Source: Neodothiora populina (lineage: Eukaryota). From it: a stretch of 64,000 bases of DNA. The notes under the pieces are model-generated. The model was not told where the DNA came from. It did no database searches and worked only from the letters and a program-made list of their open reading frames with translations. This document shows, piece by piece, positions 61,405 through 64,000 of the stretch. A program made the position numbers and the translations under genes. The stretch is from NCBI RefSeq assembly GCF_041146345.1, contig NW_027191405.1:186001-250000 (forward strand), in the 5' to 3' direction. Within the stretch, counting starts at the first letter, position 1. Each line of letters begins with the position of its first letter.

Positions 61405-63127
61405 ATGCGTACCTCAACTCTCGTCTCCGCGGCATTCGCCGGATGCGCCGTCGCTTCGCCTCTTGTCAGGCGCAACCCAGTCCTGGAGATTGACACCGTC
61501 ATTGACGAAGTCATTGTGACTGACATTGTCACGGTTACTGCTGGCGTGCCTGCCCCCACCGCAGCACCAGCACCCGTCACCGTCACCCAGGTCGCCACAA
61601 CTTCCGCCGTCGAGGCTCCTCCTTCAAGCTCCTCGGCTTCCGCTCCGGCCCAAACCTCCAGCGTAGCACCAGTCGTTCAGCACAACTTCTTCGGAAACTT
61701 GGGAAGCAACCCCTCTCCCGCTGTCTGGACTTCGGCCTGGACGTCAGCCTGGACCTGGACCGTGGCCGCTTCTTCCAGCTCTGTTGCCGAGCCCACCACT
61801 TCTTCCATCTATGTTGCTCCATCCTCCTCTGCTTCCGCCCCTTCGAGTTCTGCTGCTGAGGTAAGCTCCTTGAATTCTTTACTTAAACGTACTCTTCGCA
61901 AGCGTGAGGACTTTACTAGCCTCATGGCTGTCATGTTCCGCCCTTCCCAAACCGCATATGAACCTCCAGCGTTCTCGGCCACCCAGACTGCAAATGGCGA
62001 GAAGCCTTCCTCCGCTTCGACCAAGTCGTCCTCCGTGAGCACCAAGGCCACTTCCACAAGCCAGTCGTCGAGCATTGCTGCAGCCACGTCGAAAAGCGCG
62101 AGTTCAACAGCAACGTCTGGTGAAGCAGCTTCGTCGACGAGGGAGACTTCGAGCAGTGCATCTGCGACCAGTGATTCCGTTCCAACGAGTTCTTCGAGTT
62201 TCTCTTCTTCCTCTTCTCTTTCTTCTTCTCTCTCATCTGTCACCCCCTCATCCGCATCCTCTACCACTTCCTCTTCCTCTCTCACTTCATCGGACACACC
62301 ATCTTCCACTTCCTCAGACGTGCCCTCCTCCACTTCCGCAGACGCACCTTCTTCTACCGCTGTCATAAACACCCCAATTACAACATCTGAACTGCCCTCT
62401 TCCACTTCGAGCACCTCAGACACCCCCCAACAGGTCAATAACACATTCCCCAAACACTACATCAGACATGAAACCACGCTTTCATAGCTGTACATCGAAC
62501 ATTGTTTGCTGACAATTTTCTATAGTCTACCATCGCAGCCGCTGCACCTGCTGTTGCCACCACCTACAACGAGAAGGTCATTGCTCACCACAACGTTCAC
62601 CGTTCCAACCACTCAGCCCCTGTCCTGACCTGGAGCGATGACCTCGCCAACACTGCCGCTGCGATTGCGGCCACCTGCGTCTACGCTCACAACACCACTG
62701 CCGGCGGCGGTGGCTACGGCCAGAACATCGCTGCTGGTGTCGAGGCCACCAACGTCTCTTCCGTCATCACTGACCTCTTCTACAACGGTGAGGTTGGCTT
62801 CTTCGATGGTCTCTACGGTCAGGCCAACCCTGACATGAGCAACTTCGAGAGCTGGGGTCACTTCTCCCAGATTGTCTGGAAGGGCACCAACCAGGTCGGC
62901 TGCGCCACCCACGACTGCAGTGCCACTGGTCTCGCCAACACTGGTACCGGTGTTTCTCCCTTCTTCACTGTCTGCAACTACGGTCCTCCCGGTATGTGTC
63001 ATCGAACTGGATTTGTTTGTGATAGCGATTACTAACAGCGAAATCAGGCAACTACGCTGGCGAGTACGCCGACAACGTTGGCAACTCTCTCAACCGCGCT
63101 ACCGTTGATTCGAACTACGGTCAGTAA
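61405..63127 (+). CDS. Secreted CAP/SCP/PR-1 (Pry-like) protein with Ser/Thr-rich N-terminal region
   Basis: Signal MRTSTLVSAAFAGCAVA. CAP motifs HHNVHR.NH, LTWSDDLA, GYGQNIA, WGHFSQIVWK..VGC and TVCNYGPPGNY. Introns 61861 (or 62434)-62525 and 62992-63047. Confidence 0.93.
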
Positions 63128-64000
63128 ATGTCCTGGAGACACTCATGGACAGAACAACCAAAATGGAACGAGCATCCTCAGGAGGAGCCGAAGCAGCAAA
63201 TTGTCGGGTACAAAATAGAGGCCAATTGCGAAAAGGGGCTATTATCGCACACGATTCTGATTCTATGATGGCATCGAAGGGGGTGATGGGGCATGCAGGA
63301 CTGGTTTCTTCATACATCATTTCGCTCCTGGCGAAGATGAATGGCATGGCTTGCCTATTAGGGGTTTTCTTTTCTTTTTCTTTTCTTTCGACGAAAGAGT
63401 CGGGGTCAAGAGAGGAGGACTCGAGCGTCAAAGTCAGGCACGCGAGGCCGATTTCTTCACCTTCGTTGTTTATACATTTGCAATGTTTCTATTTTTGCTA
63501 AGAGAGAGAGTGGTTTGGTGTGGTTCTTTTTGGAAGGGTTGTGGTGGTGGATTACCGTAGCTTCAGCTTTAGAAGATGCAAACGAGAAAAGACTTGAATC
63601 TCGCCGATTGAATTGAATGATGATTTGGTGTCTACATTATATCCTTTTGTTTCTTTCTGTGCTTGTTCAACTGGTTTTGGGTGTTTTATCAAGGTAGATA
63701 AGTGGATTGTAAGTACCTTGACTCGTAGAGCAAAGAAGGACTCGTGACGCATGCAGAGATGCCTGTTTCCGGCTCGCCATGCACAGGTATGAGAATAGAT
63801 ACTGCAACTGCAGGGTAGGCAAGTCAAAAAGACATCATGACGATCGCGGACATGGTCGGTAATAATGCAAGGTCACGGTAAGGTTAAGATGCCAATCTTG
63901 GATGAGGTACCGAGCCCTCGAGGAACATGTGGGGTCGTTGTTCCGATGACGGAGGATGATGGAGGCGGAGGTCCCCGCAGGTGATGCAAGAATGAAATGA

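Noticed and set aside
1..64000. CRISPR arrays, rRNA genes and intact transposons
   Set aside because: No repeat-spacer arrays, rRNA-like sequence, transposase or reverse transcriptase motifs, or terminal repeats were seen; the DNA is eukaryotic.

Overview
Fungal (Pezizomycotina; Dothideomycetes is my guess) genomic DNA with short GT-AG introns. Conserved genes are a COG1/Vps51-like gene (5' truncated), a sugar-porter MFS transporter, a DHA1 MFS transporter, complex I 75/78-kDa subunit, 6-phosphofructo-2-kinase, a DUF202 protein, a GPI-type Cys/Thr-rich protein, a Chs7-like chaperone, TFIIH Ssl1, Cse1, a GHKL/sacsin-like HEXXH protein and a CAP/PR-1 protein. Accessory islands lie between them. 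Highlights: (1) a tandem array of four very divergent small paralogues at 44.1-48.0 kb that share one intron position and two spaced motifs, from a family I do not recognise; (2) a 1,250-nt ATG-free leader on the sugar transporter containing an in-frame, Kozak-flanked ATT that would add about 141 aa; (3) two decaying P-loop NTPase genes, a ZNFX1-like helicase fused to three AAA modules and an AAA gene missing its Walker A region; (4) a PR-1 gene whose 665-nt intron holds an in-frame Ser/Thr cassette with KR sites. All gene models and alignments were done by eye; no searches were run.
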